DNA from: Podarcis vaucheri
Lineage: Eukaryota
Assembly: GCA_965113315.1 (NCBI GenBank)
Contig: OZ220364.1
Length of the DNA stretch: 64,000 bases
Direction: 5' to 3' (one strand)
The notes beneath the pieces were generated by a model that did no database searches, was not told the DNA's origin, and was given only the letters and a program-made list of their open reading frames with translations. The position numbers were made by a program, and so were the translations under genes. This document shows, piece by piece, positions 47,828-60,417 of the stretch; position 1 is the stretch's first letter, and every line of letters begins with the position of its first letter.

Positions 47828-49527
47828 TACTTGAAAGCCAGTTCCTTATCTGTTAGCCATTATTCAACCTGAGTAGCCAACCTTTATCAATTTCATTCAG
47901 TTCCTCCACCTTATAGGATAAGCTCTTTGCTAACACCATTCCAATTAAAGCCATTTGTTCAATACCGGTTTCTATTGCCCTTATGTTTTCTACAAGTCAA
48001 CATCCCCACAAAACTGCATTGTTGTAGTGTTATTGCAGTCTGGCTTAAGGTACCCAAAATGTGTGCTACCTAACATCCAAAGGGCACCAAGCATCTTAAT
48101 GAAGGCAACCACACCAGTGTGGCTTACAAACTGAAATTCCATTTGATAAGATGTGAAATTGGGGACAAAAGTGCAATTAAATGGATCTTGACTGTTTTCA
48201 CACACTAATACCACATCCTGTAGAATTCTATCAGTAATATTTTAACTGCACAATCATAATGAATTTCAGGAACCAAAATGATTTTCTGTGGAACAGAACA
48301 GTGAACAATGTTAAAGTTAATTGTTGTAGCTTGTCTTCACCTACCCCACCCCATGCCCTGCTCACAGTTGTGAAGACTACAGTATTCTTACATCATGAAT
48401 GGTCCATGTCACCATTAAGAAAAAGAAGTAGAAATAGGTCAATATATATGTGGACTATTCCTGGATAAAGTTCTCAAAGTTCTTAACCTAGCTTAAGGTT
48501 GTAGCTTAAGCCAGATATTTAACTAATAATCAATCACGGTCAGTCCATCATTTGAAAAACAAGACTTTAGAGCCATCTTATCCCAAAATAGAACTAGACA
48601 TTCCATTTTGGCGACTGCAACATTGGTTTAATGAGCCATTTGCCCCCTAGCTTATAAATCTGAGTTTCTAACAACAATTCTGATGTGAAAAAATAATGTT
48701 CTGAATGAGAAAAGGAATGGCCCTACGAAAGGGGCATCAAACACAAGTTGGTTGAAAGGCCCAGTGAATACTCAGAAGCCACATGCTCCCTGGCATGTTC
48801 CTTAATATACTTAAGCTTCTAATTTAGAGGGAAGGGAGGACAGAGTTGACTGATAACAGGCTATCCCAGCCTTGAAAACAGTTTAATATTTTCTGTGGAA
48901 TACAGAAGAGGAGCTCCAGGCCATGTTGAAGACCAATGAAGGTTCTCACTACAATTAATTGTTTGTGTCCTGAATGGAACATGCCATTAGCTCAATTTCA
49001 GTGGTATTCAGAAATGAAATCCAAGTGAATACTAAAGATCTTTGGGCACTGCTCATTGACAAGCTCAAGGGTCTACTGCAGTTGCTTTGGAGAAGGGAAC
49101 AGGTGGCACACATTTTTGCCTTTATCTGCTGTTCTTTGTATTGCTTTACTTCTGTTTTTACAACCAGTTAGGAAGCTATCATCAAACTGCTTACTCTGAA
49201 GTATTATTTCCAAATGAGCTCAACAGAATCACTCTAAAAGCCACTTCAAGGTTTACAGTGGTCTTCAGTATCATAGCTAAAATTAATAGAAAAGCACTGT
49301 AAAGTCGTTGTTTTTTAAAAATTGTAGCATCTGAGTCAAGCATTTTCTAGCAAAAACGTTCATTTTCCTAGAACCAGCTAATACCCTTGACACTCAAGGC
49401 GCAGAAACATCAAGAATTTTATCAGGATTCCTCCAACTGTGTGAGGGGCGAAAACCAGCATGTACAGATATTAGGGCTCCTAACATTTTGGGTCTCAGGA
49501 ATACGAGTTATTTTTTCAGTTTTACAA

Positions 49528-49626
49528 ATTCTCATATTGAAAATGATCCTGAACAGTATGGTATATTTGAAATTTGAAATATTTCAAATATACCATACTG
49601 TTCGGGATCATTTTCAATATGAGAAT
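49528..49626. repeat. Near-perfect inverted repeat, 46-bp arms, 7-nt loop
   Basis: 49528-49573 pairs with 49581-49626 with one mismatch (T49550/G49604). Confidence 0.95.
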
Positions 49627-52600
49627 CATTTGTACTCAGTCACTGTAGGATAACACTGCCTAGCACAGCAATACAAATATCTTTCTTCATGAGAGAAATC
49701 TGCCAAAATGAGTTGCAGCCTAGACTTATGTGTTAAAGCAGCTCTGCGGGTTTTTTAAAAAACACTTTTTAATATGAAAAACCCTGCAGTTTGTTTTTGC
49801 ATTAATGTCATATAATGAAACCAGGATACAATTTTAAAGTGTCATCGTTTTCAGTATAAATCATCACAAATGCCACCCTTTAATGTAGGCAAATCATGCC
49901 AGATTCTTCTGGTGTTTAAAGAACATTTTCAATGGTGTTGAACATCTATTCCAGGGGTTCTCAAAACCACAATCTTAACAGCCTCCACCAAAACCAACCA
50001 AATCAGAGATTTAGCAAGCATAATCACTTAAGTCCTAGACAAATGGATCAAATCATGGTTGAGGGGCACACATAATGTGTAAACATATAACAGCACTTGC
50101 AAGGAAAACTCCCCTCCTCCTCCATATTGTCAGTTATGGATATTAGGCAACTGCCCATGTATTACCAACCAGAGGAGGGCACCTCAACACTCTGCTCCCT
50201 GACAGATCCAGCACACAAGACAATGTCAAGGAGGAGCTCTGTCTTCCCCTTACAACTGCCAGTGTCTCCTTAAGAAATGTTTAACCATGGGATTAGACTA
50301 TGGTGACTGTAAGACTTCAAGAAACAAGTATATTAAAGCACCACAATACTTGAGCAGGAGCAGATATTTATAAGCACCAGAAATAGACCACTGTTGTATT
50401 ATACGGGGAACAGTGTACTTGTTGTAAACCTGCCTCAAGCAGTTCCATGTATGCTTTGCCCAGGTACCTAGCTGGAAGGGGCCATTCTTTCAAATGGGCT
50501 CTGCTGCCACTTGCAAAATGTGTCATATTTTGACTGCACTCTCTGAATGGAAAATCCTCTCGGCGCTAGGAGGCTAGTGTCTGCTGCATACACCCATTGC
50601 ACAAAGCAGAAATTCCTGTCAATAAGGCAAATGGGGCCCAGGCAATGTAAGGGGAGGAAAGAGACCTACAAACAATAAGCAAAGCATCTGGCTCTCTGAT
50701 TTACTGGAAGGGAAGCTAAAGTCAGACAAACTGTAATCACAGTGCTGCATCTCCCACTTTAGAAAGATCAGATCAATTCTTGCAATTGCAAAGGCTATAA
50801 AGGAGACAGACATCCCTGGATATTCAGGCCAAATCCTAAAAGCAGTCCCAAAGACTGTGACAGCGATGGGTGAAAACTCAATTTGCATCATCCTAGTTGA
50901 AAGCTTGCATGCCCCAGAAAGAAGAGTCCCCTCTCAGTGCATGAACCAGCCATCTCCTAAGTGAGGCACTAATGGAGGTTGTGCTGCTGTCCTTCCCTGG
51001 AGACAGCAGCCAACACTACTGAAGCTTCTCACGTAGCAACCAGAGCTCCAGAGCCAACACTAGCTGCTTGTCAACGCTCTGAACGTTCACCCACAGGATC
51101 CAAAGCAAAGCAACAACCTCGGTCACCTCTGCGCTGCAAGACATAGCTAGCAAAACCGACTTCCTGGGCCAGCTGGAGGGGGGGATGGGGCAGACTGCCT
51201 GATGTCACCTTCATAGGTGAAAAGGGAGAGTCCTGAACGCCATTAAGGAAGTAGTACGTCTTTGTCTAGTCTGTAACCCATATCCTCAAGTGTCGACAGC
51301 TCATTTGGAAAACATTTCTGCAATCAAGCCTATGTCTTCACTGCCAAAAATCATGGGTTTTGAGGCCATGGCCCCATCCCCCTACAATACAAAACCAATT
51401 CATTGTGCTGCCCACAGCCTCTGCCTGAGTGAGCCTTAAATACTCCAATTACATAATGGGCCAGGGAGAGAAACTGCAGGAGGCCACACTGCAAGGGCCA
51501 TTATCTCCTTAAAGTAACACCAACCTCAGCAAAAGGAATCCCAATAGCATATTTTGTTCCATTCTGCAAAAATCTCCCTGAGCATAGGGGCTGCTGCCTG
51601 AAGTACAGTACAGGAGACCCCACTGGTTAACTGCAGAGACCAAAGCCTCTCAGCTAGGTACTTCGCAAGGAAGAAGCTCCTGACATTCTCTAACCTCACC
51701 AACCACTTCCCAGATTGCTAAACAAACCATTCCCCAAAACTGTAAAAAGGATTTTTGTCTCAGTTCAAGGCAGCTCTGTTTCAAGTAGCTGGCCACTGGC
51801 ACCCCAAGGACAAGCTGCTAAAGGGAAGAGTGGGGGGAGACTATGACGACCTTGCCCACAGCACTATTATTGTGTTTACAAGGGGCTGTGTTACCACTTA
51901 AGACGCAGAGATCAATGCAAGAAAACCGAAAAAAGTACCCTGATAGAGCACACACGTCAGACAATGAAAAAGTTGGGGGAGGGGGTCCATACTGCAGCCT
52001 CCAGCAGCAGGCAAGGGAAAAGGAGAAGAGGATTATTAAAGTGCACCACCATCGCCACACAAGCACCATGAGAAAGCAGAAAATGCAGGTCAAACACCTC
52101 CTCCCCCGTTGCCTGAAGGAGCCAGCAAGTCAGAAGCAGACAGCCGAGGAAAGGGAGGGGGCGGGAAGGGAAGGAGCAGCAGCAGCAGCAGCAGCTCAGG
52201 GGAAGCTGCTTCAGCACATGGAGGAGGAGGGGTGGAAGCAGAGGGGAGGCAATGGTGAACTCACAGAGGAGCACAGACGGGCGGTCGCACGCGCACACAC
52301 ACACATACACACACACCCTTTCCTGGCAAACAGCTGCTTTGAAGTGGAAGCCATCGTCCCAGAAAGGGATTTTCCCACATTCTCACAGTAGGCTTTCCAC
52401 AGAAGATGGGACCGGCTACTTCCCCACCTCCAGCACGACCCTGCTCCACACACGCACACATACACACTGCACCGAGAGAATCCTGCCTGGGAACCCGAAA
52501 CAGGAATGAATTCAGAGGTTCCTTCAAACCACCACCCCTCCCCCACCACCCATTCTCTCCCTCTCACAACACACACACACAGAGGCCACTCTCCCTCCCA

Positions 52601-53429
52601 CCCCCTCCAGGACCAGACACGCAGGTTCGCCATGACGCCCCCGCTCTCCGCCAGCGCCTGGCACCAGGCAAGCTCACCCGCACCCCCCACGGCGAGGAAG
52701 ATGGGGGATGGGTGGGAGCGAAATGGAAAACAGTCCCACCACCTTCCCTCCCTGCGGGAAGACCTCGGCGGGGATTCCCACTCATGGACGCACCCCCAAT
52801 CTCTCACATACACACACACACACACACACACTCACAGACACACAAAAAAGGGAGGTATATAGAAATATATATACACACACCTATGCACTTTTGGAGGTAT
52901 CTGGATGTAAAGAGAGGAGCGCGTGTGAATGTATGTAGATATATAGATATATATGCACACACGTATATATATATGTATATACATTCACACGCACCCCTCT
53001 TCACATCCAGATGCGTCCAAAGGTGCAGGGAAACCGGGGTGTCCAACGCAGGCCAGGGAGTGTGACCTCTTTCTTTCCCCTCCGACATGCGGGAGAGGCT
53101 CCACTTCCCCTGGAAGAGCCAGGCTGAGGTACTTTCCTCTCTCCCTCGCCCTCCCCGCCCCCCACACCCCTAAACCCCCCACAGCAGGGCAGAGAATGCA
53201 TGGAGAGAGTTCCGGGGCAGCTGGAAAGATGCGGGAGCTTGAAAGGAGGCGGCGAGAGAAGGGGCTGGAGCAGAGGAAGGACCACCGAGAAACAACCCCT
53301 CACCACCACCATAAGTTTCCCGCCCCTCCCCCTCCATGGGTCTCTTTCCCACCCGCCTCCCGCCTTTTGGACGGGTGTCCCCTCTTCACCCCACACGCCC
53401 CCTTTTTCCTGCTCTTCATTTGCCTTGGC

Positions 53430-54600
53430 TGACCTGTCCGGCCCGTTGCCCGGGCCCCCGGCACTAGGCCCTGCTGGGCGCCACGGTGTTTCCTAGGCGG
53501 CAGGCGGGACCGAGAGCTCAAGCTCCACAGAGCAGCGGCCGCGGCCCCTCCCCCTCCGCGGCACCAGCGAACAGCCAACAGCTCCTCCTCAGCAGGCCGG
53601 GCGGAAACGGCACTGAGCGCACGGGGATTCCCAGCGCTGGCGCCAGGGGCACCCCAGCCACGCCCACCGGCCCCACTCATTGGCCGGCTTTTCCGCGCGA
53701 TCTCCACCCCCTCCGCTCTTCCTCCCGCCCCCGCCTCTCCCGACTCCTATTGGGCCCCTTCTCTTAGAGCTGGCGGTCGCCCCCATCCCGTCCCCCTGTA
53801 AGCCCCAGCGGCCCCAGCCGCTGCTCTATTGGTTGTTGGAAACGCCACTCAGCTTCGCGTCAGCCTCGGCAAAGGCTATAAAAGCAAGCGCGGCAGCTTT
53901 CCCCGGCTCAGAGCAGTGCGGGTGCGGTGGGTGGATGTGTTCTATAATAGGGAGGAGAGAGAGAGAGAGAAGCTGTTCGGGCCAGTTCGGCTGCTGCCCG
54001 CGCCTCTGCGCACGTGGGTCTGCTGCTCTACGTGCTCAAGGGCGAGGCAATCTTCCGATTGGCTCGTCTTTAGCCAGTCCCACGTGGGGATAAGTGCTGC
54101 TTGGGGACACGTGGCATGGGAGCGGGGTTGGGGGGGAGGGGCCGGGCTCAGCTCTGGCTCCGGAGGGCGCTTCTGTGCATGCGCGCCGAAGAACCGGTCT
54201 GGGAGGAAGAGCTGGCTGCAACACGGCGCATGCACCCTCCTCCTGGGTGGCTGGGCTGCAGGCGGGCGGGGGTGACTGCAGGGGAGATTCGCGCCAGGAA
54301 AGGGGGTGTGTGCTAGGCTGGAAGCGCTCTCGTTACTTAGGGCAGGTTAGGGCTCGCACTGCTGCAGGATGTAATGCGGGCTTTGCCAATAAGACCTATT
54401 GTGGCGGCGGCGGCGGCCCTCTCGTCTTTCCACCGTCCGCCTGCTGCCCTCCCCACGCCAGGATCGACTGTCTTTGCCTGCTCTGCATCGCCTCACGTCC
54501 CCCCGTGATCTTGTAGCCGAAGCCTATAATGCACGTATTTACTCGCTGAATTAGCCGGGATTTGTTCCCAAGTAAGCGCGCACAAGATCCGGCGGCCCTA
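53430..54600. promoter_or_regulatory. CpG-island promoter, probably bidirectional
   Basis: Dense CpG; ATTGG at 53679, 53749, 53828, 54058; GC boxes about 53724-53735; plus-strand TATAAAA 53877-53883; CACGTG at 54011, 54081, 54108; NRF1-like TGCATGCGC 54176 and GCGCATGCA 54226. Confidence 0.85.
53434..53670 (-). other. Probable SETD5 non-coding exon 1
   Basis: GC-rich and ATG-free, just downstream of CCAAT/GC boxes, ends in ACAG|gtcagc; TSS approximate. Confidence 0.5.
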
Positions 54601-57113
54601 ATAATTTGTAGCTTACCCTGTCCACACACATGCCCCAAAAAATCTTTCCCCCCCCCCTTTGCACAGGTTGCCTTCCCTGAGAGTAGGAAATCCTCTGAGG
54701 GAAGGGCCGGTTTTCTTCTCTATAAACATCGGCGGTGCTGTGCGCATAGTAATTTCATCTGCCGCTCTCCTTGCGCAGCCTGAATTTGGGCGTTCATCCT
54801 TTTCTAACGCCCGTCCGCCCTTTCTCACAAAGCTTCGTGTTAAAAATGAGGAGCAGCACTTTTTAAAGAAGGGAGGGAACGCGTCTGGGGAGAGATCGAG
54901 ACCAGTTCTGTACCAACAATGGAGTAAAAAGTGATGGTCGGAGGAGCTCCCTTGGGTGCGATGGCCTTAGGTGCTCATTTCAAGTGCTCCATCCCGAATG
55001 GGCACTTTTGCCTGATGACAATATGTTATCGCAGAATTCAGAGAAAGCCCAGTATCAAATTTTGCAGTGCATTAAAACATGCTGCGGTAAATGTGTTAAT
55101 CATTAAGGTGCCACACAAGTCTCCATTGTTTTCGCCGCAATAGGCTAAAAGGGCTACGCCTCTGGAAAGTCAAGATAGCTTTGGCAGCTCTGGAGGACTT
55201 GCCAGCCACTAAAAACAACATCAGTTAGAATGATATAGAGGTACAAGGTTTAGAGGCTGGGGTACAAGACCAGGACTCCACATGGGCAGAGATGGAGAAT
55301 CTGTGGACTTTCAGGTGCTGTGGGACAACAGCGCACCTTGTCTATGACCTGGATGAGGCTGATGAGAATCCTGCCTACAACATCTGCAAGACCACAGGTG
55401 TGTTAATATAAGCAGCACCCATCTCTGTCCGTGACGAGTCCTGGTCTGGTACCTTAGGCTCTCTGTACCTTATGTGGGTCATACTCTGTTATCTATTCTT
55501 GATCTAGATGGGCTGCTAGTCTGCTTGCATTTGAAGAGAAGCCAAGTGTGGCTCTCTGGTCATCTGAAGTGTCTTTCTTAGATACATTTGCAGGATGCAG
55601 TTCCAGGAAGTCTTTTCTCAGCCACCGTCTCTCCTGTGTCTGCGTAGATTAGTTTGCCACCCCTCCCACCTTCCCCCACTATGGGAGCCAGCTAAACACA
55701 GACCTGTGTCTGCTGCAGAGCAGGAAGCTTCACAGCGTTCACCTAAGCCTGGCGAAATTAATGAGCGTGCCCCTGGCTGCATAGTTGTATTTTCGTCCCT
55801 CTTTTCAGACCGGGCCTGCTTCCCCGAAATGGGTCAGAGCAATTAAAACTCAGTACACAGTGCCAGCGATGGGTGCCAAACAGAAATGGTAGAGGCTCGC
55901 AAATTAAAAGGCACGTACGGAGAAGGCGCTGGTGGCAGAGGAGGAGAGAAGATCTGTTTGGCAATGCCATGTGGCTCTAGCAAAGGCAGATTCCCTTTTG
56001 CTGTAGATTGTGCTGGGACAGAGGTGGCGTAGCTATCCGGCAGCTCTGGGTTCGGTGGGCACTGAGAGAGGGCCTCAACCTTCCCTCTGCAGTTGCTGCC
56101 ACTAAGGAGATCCTGTAACAATCAAGGACAGGGAGATAAAAGTGGGAACTGCAGGGATATGTTGCAATGTGGAGAACTCCAGTTTGCCAGTAGGGTGTGT
56201 AGATGCACATATATGGTGTTCCATATTGCATCCACGATAGAGCAATCCACCTTTTTTGATTTCTAGCAGGGCTGCTGTTTTTCAGAGCTACGTGACTCAC
56301 AGAACACCAGCAGATGATTTTTACCATCTGCATGTTTGTGTGTGTGTGTGTGTGTGTAATTTACCTACTAAATATCTGCTTTGTCACCCAGCGGCAAGTC
56401 CTGGCTGCGTTACGTCTAAACTCAAGATCCACAAATCCAGAGTCTTGTATTTTTAGTTCTTAGGCCCTCCAAAACTCCCTTCCCATCTCGGTATTCCCTG
56501 TCTGCGTTTGCAGGATGTAGTAACACTTAACATCGGCGCAATGGGACATGAGGCTGCCTTCCGGTAGGCTGAGATTTTGGAAGTCCCATCCCCCACTTTA
56601 AAATGAAAAAAAGGAGAAGCAGCCGCCACAGCCCTGTTTCTATATCAGGCCCCATAATGCAACAGTCCAGCCTCCCTCCTCCACCAGGATGTGGAGAACA
56701 GGAAACTGGCACAGCTGCTCCCCATGTCTGTGGCAAAGCAGGGGACAGACAACGGCACCTGGTGGCCGAAAAGGCATTGTACATGCTGGACAATTAGGTT
56801 ATTTTGAGAGCGCTGGGCTGACCACTGTGAAAAATACCCTTGCTCACTGTCATCAAGCATGTTGGGTCTTCCATCAACAACTTAAATTCATATTGGGGGG
56901 GGGGGGGAGGTGATAGACAGCAGTCTTCACCGCCTGGTCATATGAACCCAGAAACTGCCTCACAAAGTATTTGTCCGTCTAGTCCGCTATTGCCAAAGTC
57001 TGGGATGGGGTGTGTGGGAACACCTGAGGCCTATGAAATGTTTCTGGACTACCAACTGCCCTCATCCCAGAGTGCTGGGTGGGTCTGAAGGGGACTGGGG
57101 CCCACCATCCAGG

Positions 57114-57550
57114 TGTTAGAATTCCTGCTCTGCGATTGCAGTCATGGGATTTTTGTCTATCACATGACGGCGTATGTTTTGACTCCACAGAGTGGGACGT
57201 GATGGAGACAGGATGTTTGTGTTACTGTGTTCCATGAAGTGGGACTGTTGTCCTTTGTTTTTTCTTTTTGCTGTCCAATGCTAGAGAGAGAGGGAGCCAT
57301 GTTGCAGTGCTCCGTGTGTGTTTATATGTAAATAAAGTAGATTAGCCAAAATGCTGAGGTCTGTCACGCAAGCTGCGAAGACTCTGCAGATCCCTAAGTG
57401 TGCCAGTGTCTGTTGGCATCGGTTGCTATGATGTTTGGGCTGAAGAAAGCTAACAAAGCTCCTGAACGATCGACCAGGAGAGACAGAACATGCCAGTTGG
57501 GCATGTGTCTCTGCAACAGTCCTACTTGAGTGTAGGACGAGCTACTGACA
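57114..57550 (+). mobile_element. Solo LTR (437 bp)
   Basis: TGTTAG...CTGACA ends, 5-bp TSD CCAGG (57109-57113, 57551-57555), AATAAA at 57331. Confidence 0.85.
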
Positions 57551-57917
57551 CCAGGTTCCCCAGGTCCCACCAAATCAGACTAAAACTCATTTTCTCCACC
57601 ATCCTGTATCCAGCAGCAGCAAACCCAATGCCACTGGGGAGTCCCAAGTAGGACCCCAATGCTGTAGCCCTCTGCTGTTATTTCACAAAATGATAAAGTG
57701 TTGGAAGGGGACCCAAGGTCATCTAGTCCAACCCCCTGCAATGCAGGAATCTCAATTATCCAAGTCAAGTCACAGTCTGCCCTGACTGGCAGTGGCCCTT
57801 GAGGGTCTCAGGCTGAGGTCTCCACTATCCAATGTTCCCTGCTCTTTGTTCAGATGCCAGAGACTGGAACTGGAACCTTCTGCATGCAAAGGATGTGCTG
57901 TGGTGGAAAGGAAAATA

Positions 57918-58143
57918 CAGTGGTACCTCAGGTTAAGCACTTAATTCATTCCGGAGGTCCGTACTTAACCTGAAACTGTTCTTAACCTGAAGCACCACTT
58001 TAGCTAATGGGGCCTCCCGCTGCTGCCACACCGCCGGAGCCCGATTTCTGTTCTCATCTTGAAGCAAAGTTCTTAACCTGAAGCACTATTTCTGGGTTAG
58101 CGGAGTCTGTAACCTGAAGCGTATGTCACCTGAGGTACCACTG
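57918..58143. mobile_element. Tc1/mariner MITE (reverse orientation)
   Basis: TIR plus TA TSD. Confidence 0.9.
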
Positions 58144-58351
58144 TAAATATAAATGTATTCAACAGAATTTTAACCTCCCACACAACAGAGGAACAATCCT
58201 TCTCCCTTGACATCTGTGGTTAAGAGCCTATTGGTTCTCAATCCTGCTATGAACCAGACTCGTGTACTTTTTTGGCGTTGCTTATCTCAAGGGTTTCTCT
58301 TCTCACAAAGAGCGTCGTGCTCAAAACATGGAACCTCGTGGCAGATTTGTA

Positions 58352-58566
58352 CAGTGGTACCTCACGTTACAGATGCTTCAGGTTACAGGCTCTGCTAACC
58401 CAGAAATAGTATTTTGTGTTAAGAAATTTACCTCAGGATGAGAACTGAAATCACACAGCAGCAGCGGGAGGCCCCATTAGCTAAAGTGGCACCTCAGGTT
58501 AAGAACAGTTTCAGGTTAAGAACGAACCTCCAGAACGAATTAAGTTCTTAACCTGAGGTACCACCG
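58352..58566. mobile_element. Tc1/mariner MITE (forward orientation)
   Basis: TIR plus TA TSD. Confidence 0.88.
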
Positions 58567-60417
58567 TATGCTTAGGATCCCAAGTTGGTGTTGGAGCTTG
58601 CTGGAAGCTATGCCTCAACTCAGCTGGCTTTTAAGTTTCTAGCCCTCATGCCTATCAAAATAACATCTCCAATTATGCTCTAAATGAAGCAGAAGTATAG
58701 CGTGCATTTTTATGATGCTACTAAGGCAGAATTTCCTTTTTTTCATGTTTGTTGATCCACAGTACTTGTAAATACTGATATTGAGCAGTATTCAAACAAA
58801 CTTTAGCCAGAGTAGACCTACTGACATTAACATACCTAACCTAGTCGTGCTCATTAATTTCAGCGGGTCTACCATGAGCAAAACTGAGCTGAATAACATC
58901 TGCAATCTGATGACGCAAAGTAAGGTTTACCCGGACTAGTATATTACTATAATGCAAGTCATTTAAATGCGATGTAGGATGTCAGGTATATGCAAATTTA
59001 ACGTTTAATTAAAAACACGACGCGCTTGGAAGCTTGCATACATTTTTAATCATTTATACAGCACTATCATTGTACATGGAACCCTTACGGCGCTGATTTA
59101 AGAAGAAAAAAATGAGGCAGGTCCCTGCCCCCATGAAGCAGCAATCTAAATTTTGACAGTATTAGTTAGAAAGGGGGAGAGGAGAGGAATGTGAGCAAAT
59201 GCCATTAAATATACTTAGAGGAGTCTTTTAGTCCTCATCCACATGGCTAGTAATGATAGGACACGGCCAAAGGCTTCAACGAGAAAAACCCAGCTAATGT
59301 CGAGAGAAAACATGGTCGTTTCACATGGGTATTCACACTGATGTATAAACCAGACCAATGGATTGCAGTGCCACCCACCTGCATTGCAGAGAGCTGTGGC
59401 CACAGGGTGGTGCCTGCACTGCCACACAAAGCCCTGCTCACCATAGCACAGTCTCCCTTAGTTGTCACGAAGGGGAGACCAAGGGGCCAAATCTGCTCCC
59501 CAAATCTGGAGCCAAGAGGGGCAATGGGAGGAACCGGTGGCGGCAGCAGGAATGCCACATTTTTTTACTTACCATACAGGTGTTTAAAAAAAGGCACAGG
59601 AGCTACCCTAGAAGGGGGGGGGGGGGCGAGGCAAAACTAGCAAGCTGAACGCCTCCTGTAGAAACAAGCGCGGAAGCACACGCAACCACCCGACGAACGC
59701 ACATATATGGGAACAAGTTCTCTTGCAGGAGGCGGGATTGGCCTTCGGGCCTTGAGAACAGGGATCAGGCTGCGCACTGCTTTAACCCAGCTCCTAAGTG
59801 GAACCCGGAGCACAGATGGGAATACCAGGCAGCTCCCAACGTGTCTCTTTGCCCCTCTCTTTTTGCCCGCCTGCTTCCACTTTTCTAAACCCTCTGTGCT
59901 TGCCGCCATGGAGAAGCGAGGAGATGGGAGGCAGCTGGCTCTCTCTGCCACTGTTCCAACCCTCCAGGCTTGCCAGCGCTAAATACGCCAGGCAATTTGT
60001 TTCTTTACTTTGCCGGTACATAAACTTAGCAAATTGCACACCTACCAGCAGGACCCTGTATTACGAGTCACTCCAAACCATCGGGGGGTTTATGACTCGG
60101 CTGTAAACATCATGTTGTCTTTATTCCAAGAGGCTCTTAACCTAGTTGCAAGCTTTTTTGTCTTTTCCTACCCCCAGCCCCCCCCCCCCAATCCGCCTGC
60201 AACATGGGCTTCTGCCAGCAATTTGTCTCATTGTGTGGCGAAATACTTGACCTAAATGGCAGGGTGAGAGAGGCAGGCTAACAAAATGCTTTTATTGGAT
60301 GACACACACAAAAAATGACCCCCCACTCAACCGTCCTTACCCAGAAACGCTCCTCGTGACCTGTTAAAACGGGGCCAGGCTATTAAACCTGCTGGTTCGT
60401 GCAGAACTCTCCTTTTA

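Noticed and set aside
42371-47989. 5.6 kb with no ORF of 60 aa or more in any frame
   Set aside because: AT-rich intron sequence; no structure seen beyond MITEs, and I cannot show it departs from chance.
51818-54934. Many long overlapping ORFs (up to 219 aa)
   Set aside because: Expected from GC-rich and microsatellite sequence around a CpG island; low-complexity translations with no recognisable domain.
58985-59350. snRNA-type promoter (octamer ATGCAAAT near 58990, PSE/TATA-like sequence)
   Set aside because: PSE match and spacing are poor, and the downstream sequence resembles no U6/7SK/Y/RMRP-type RNA I know.
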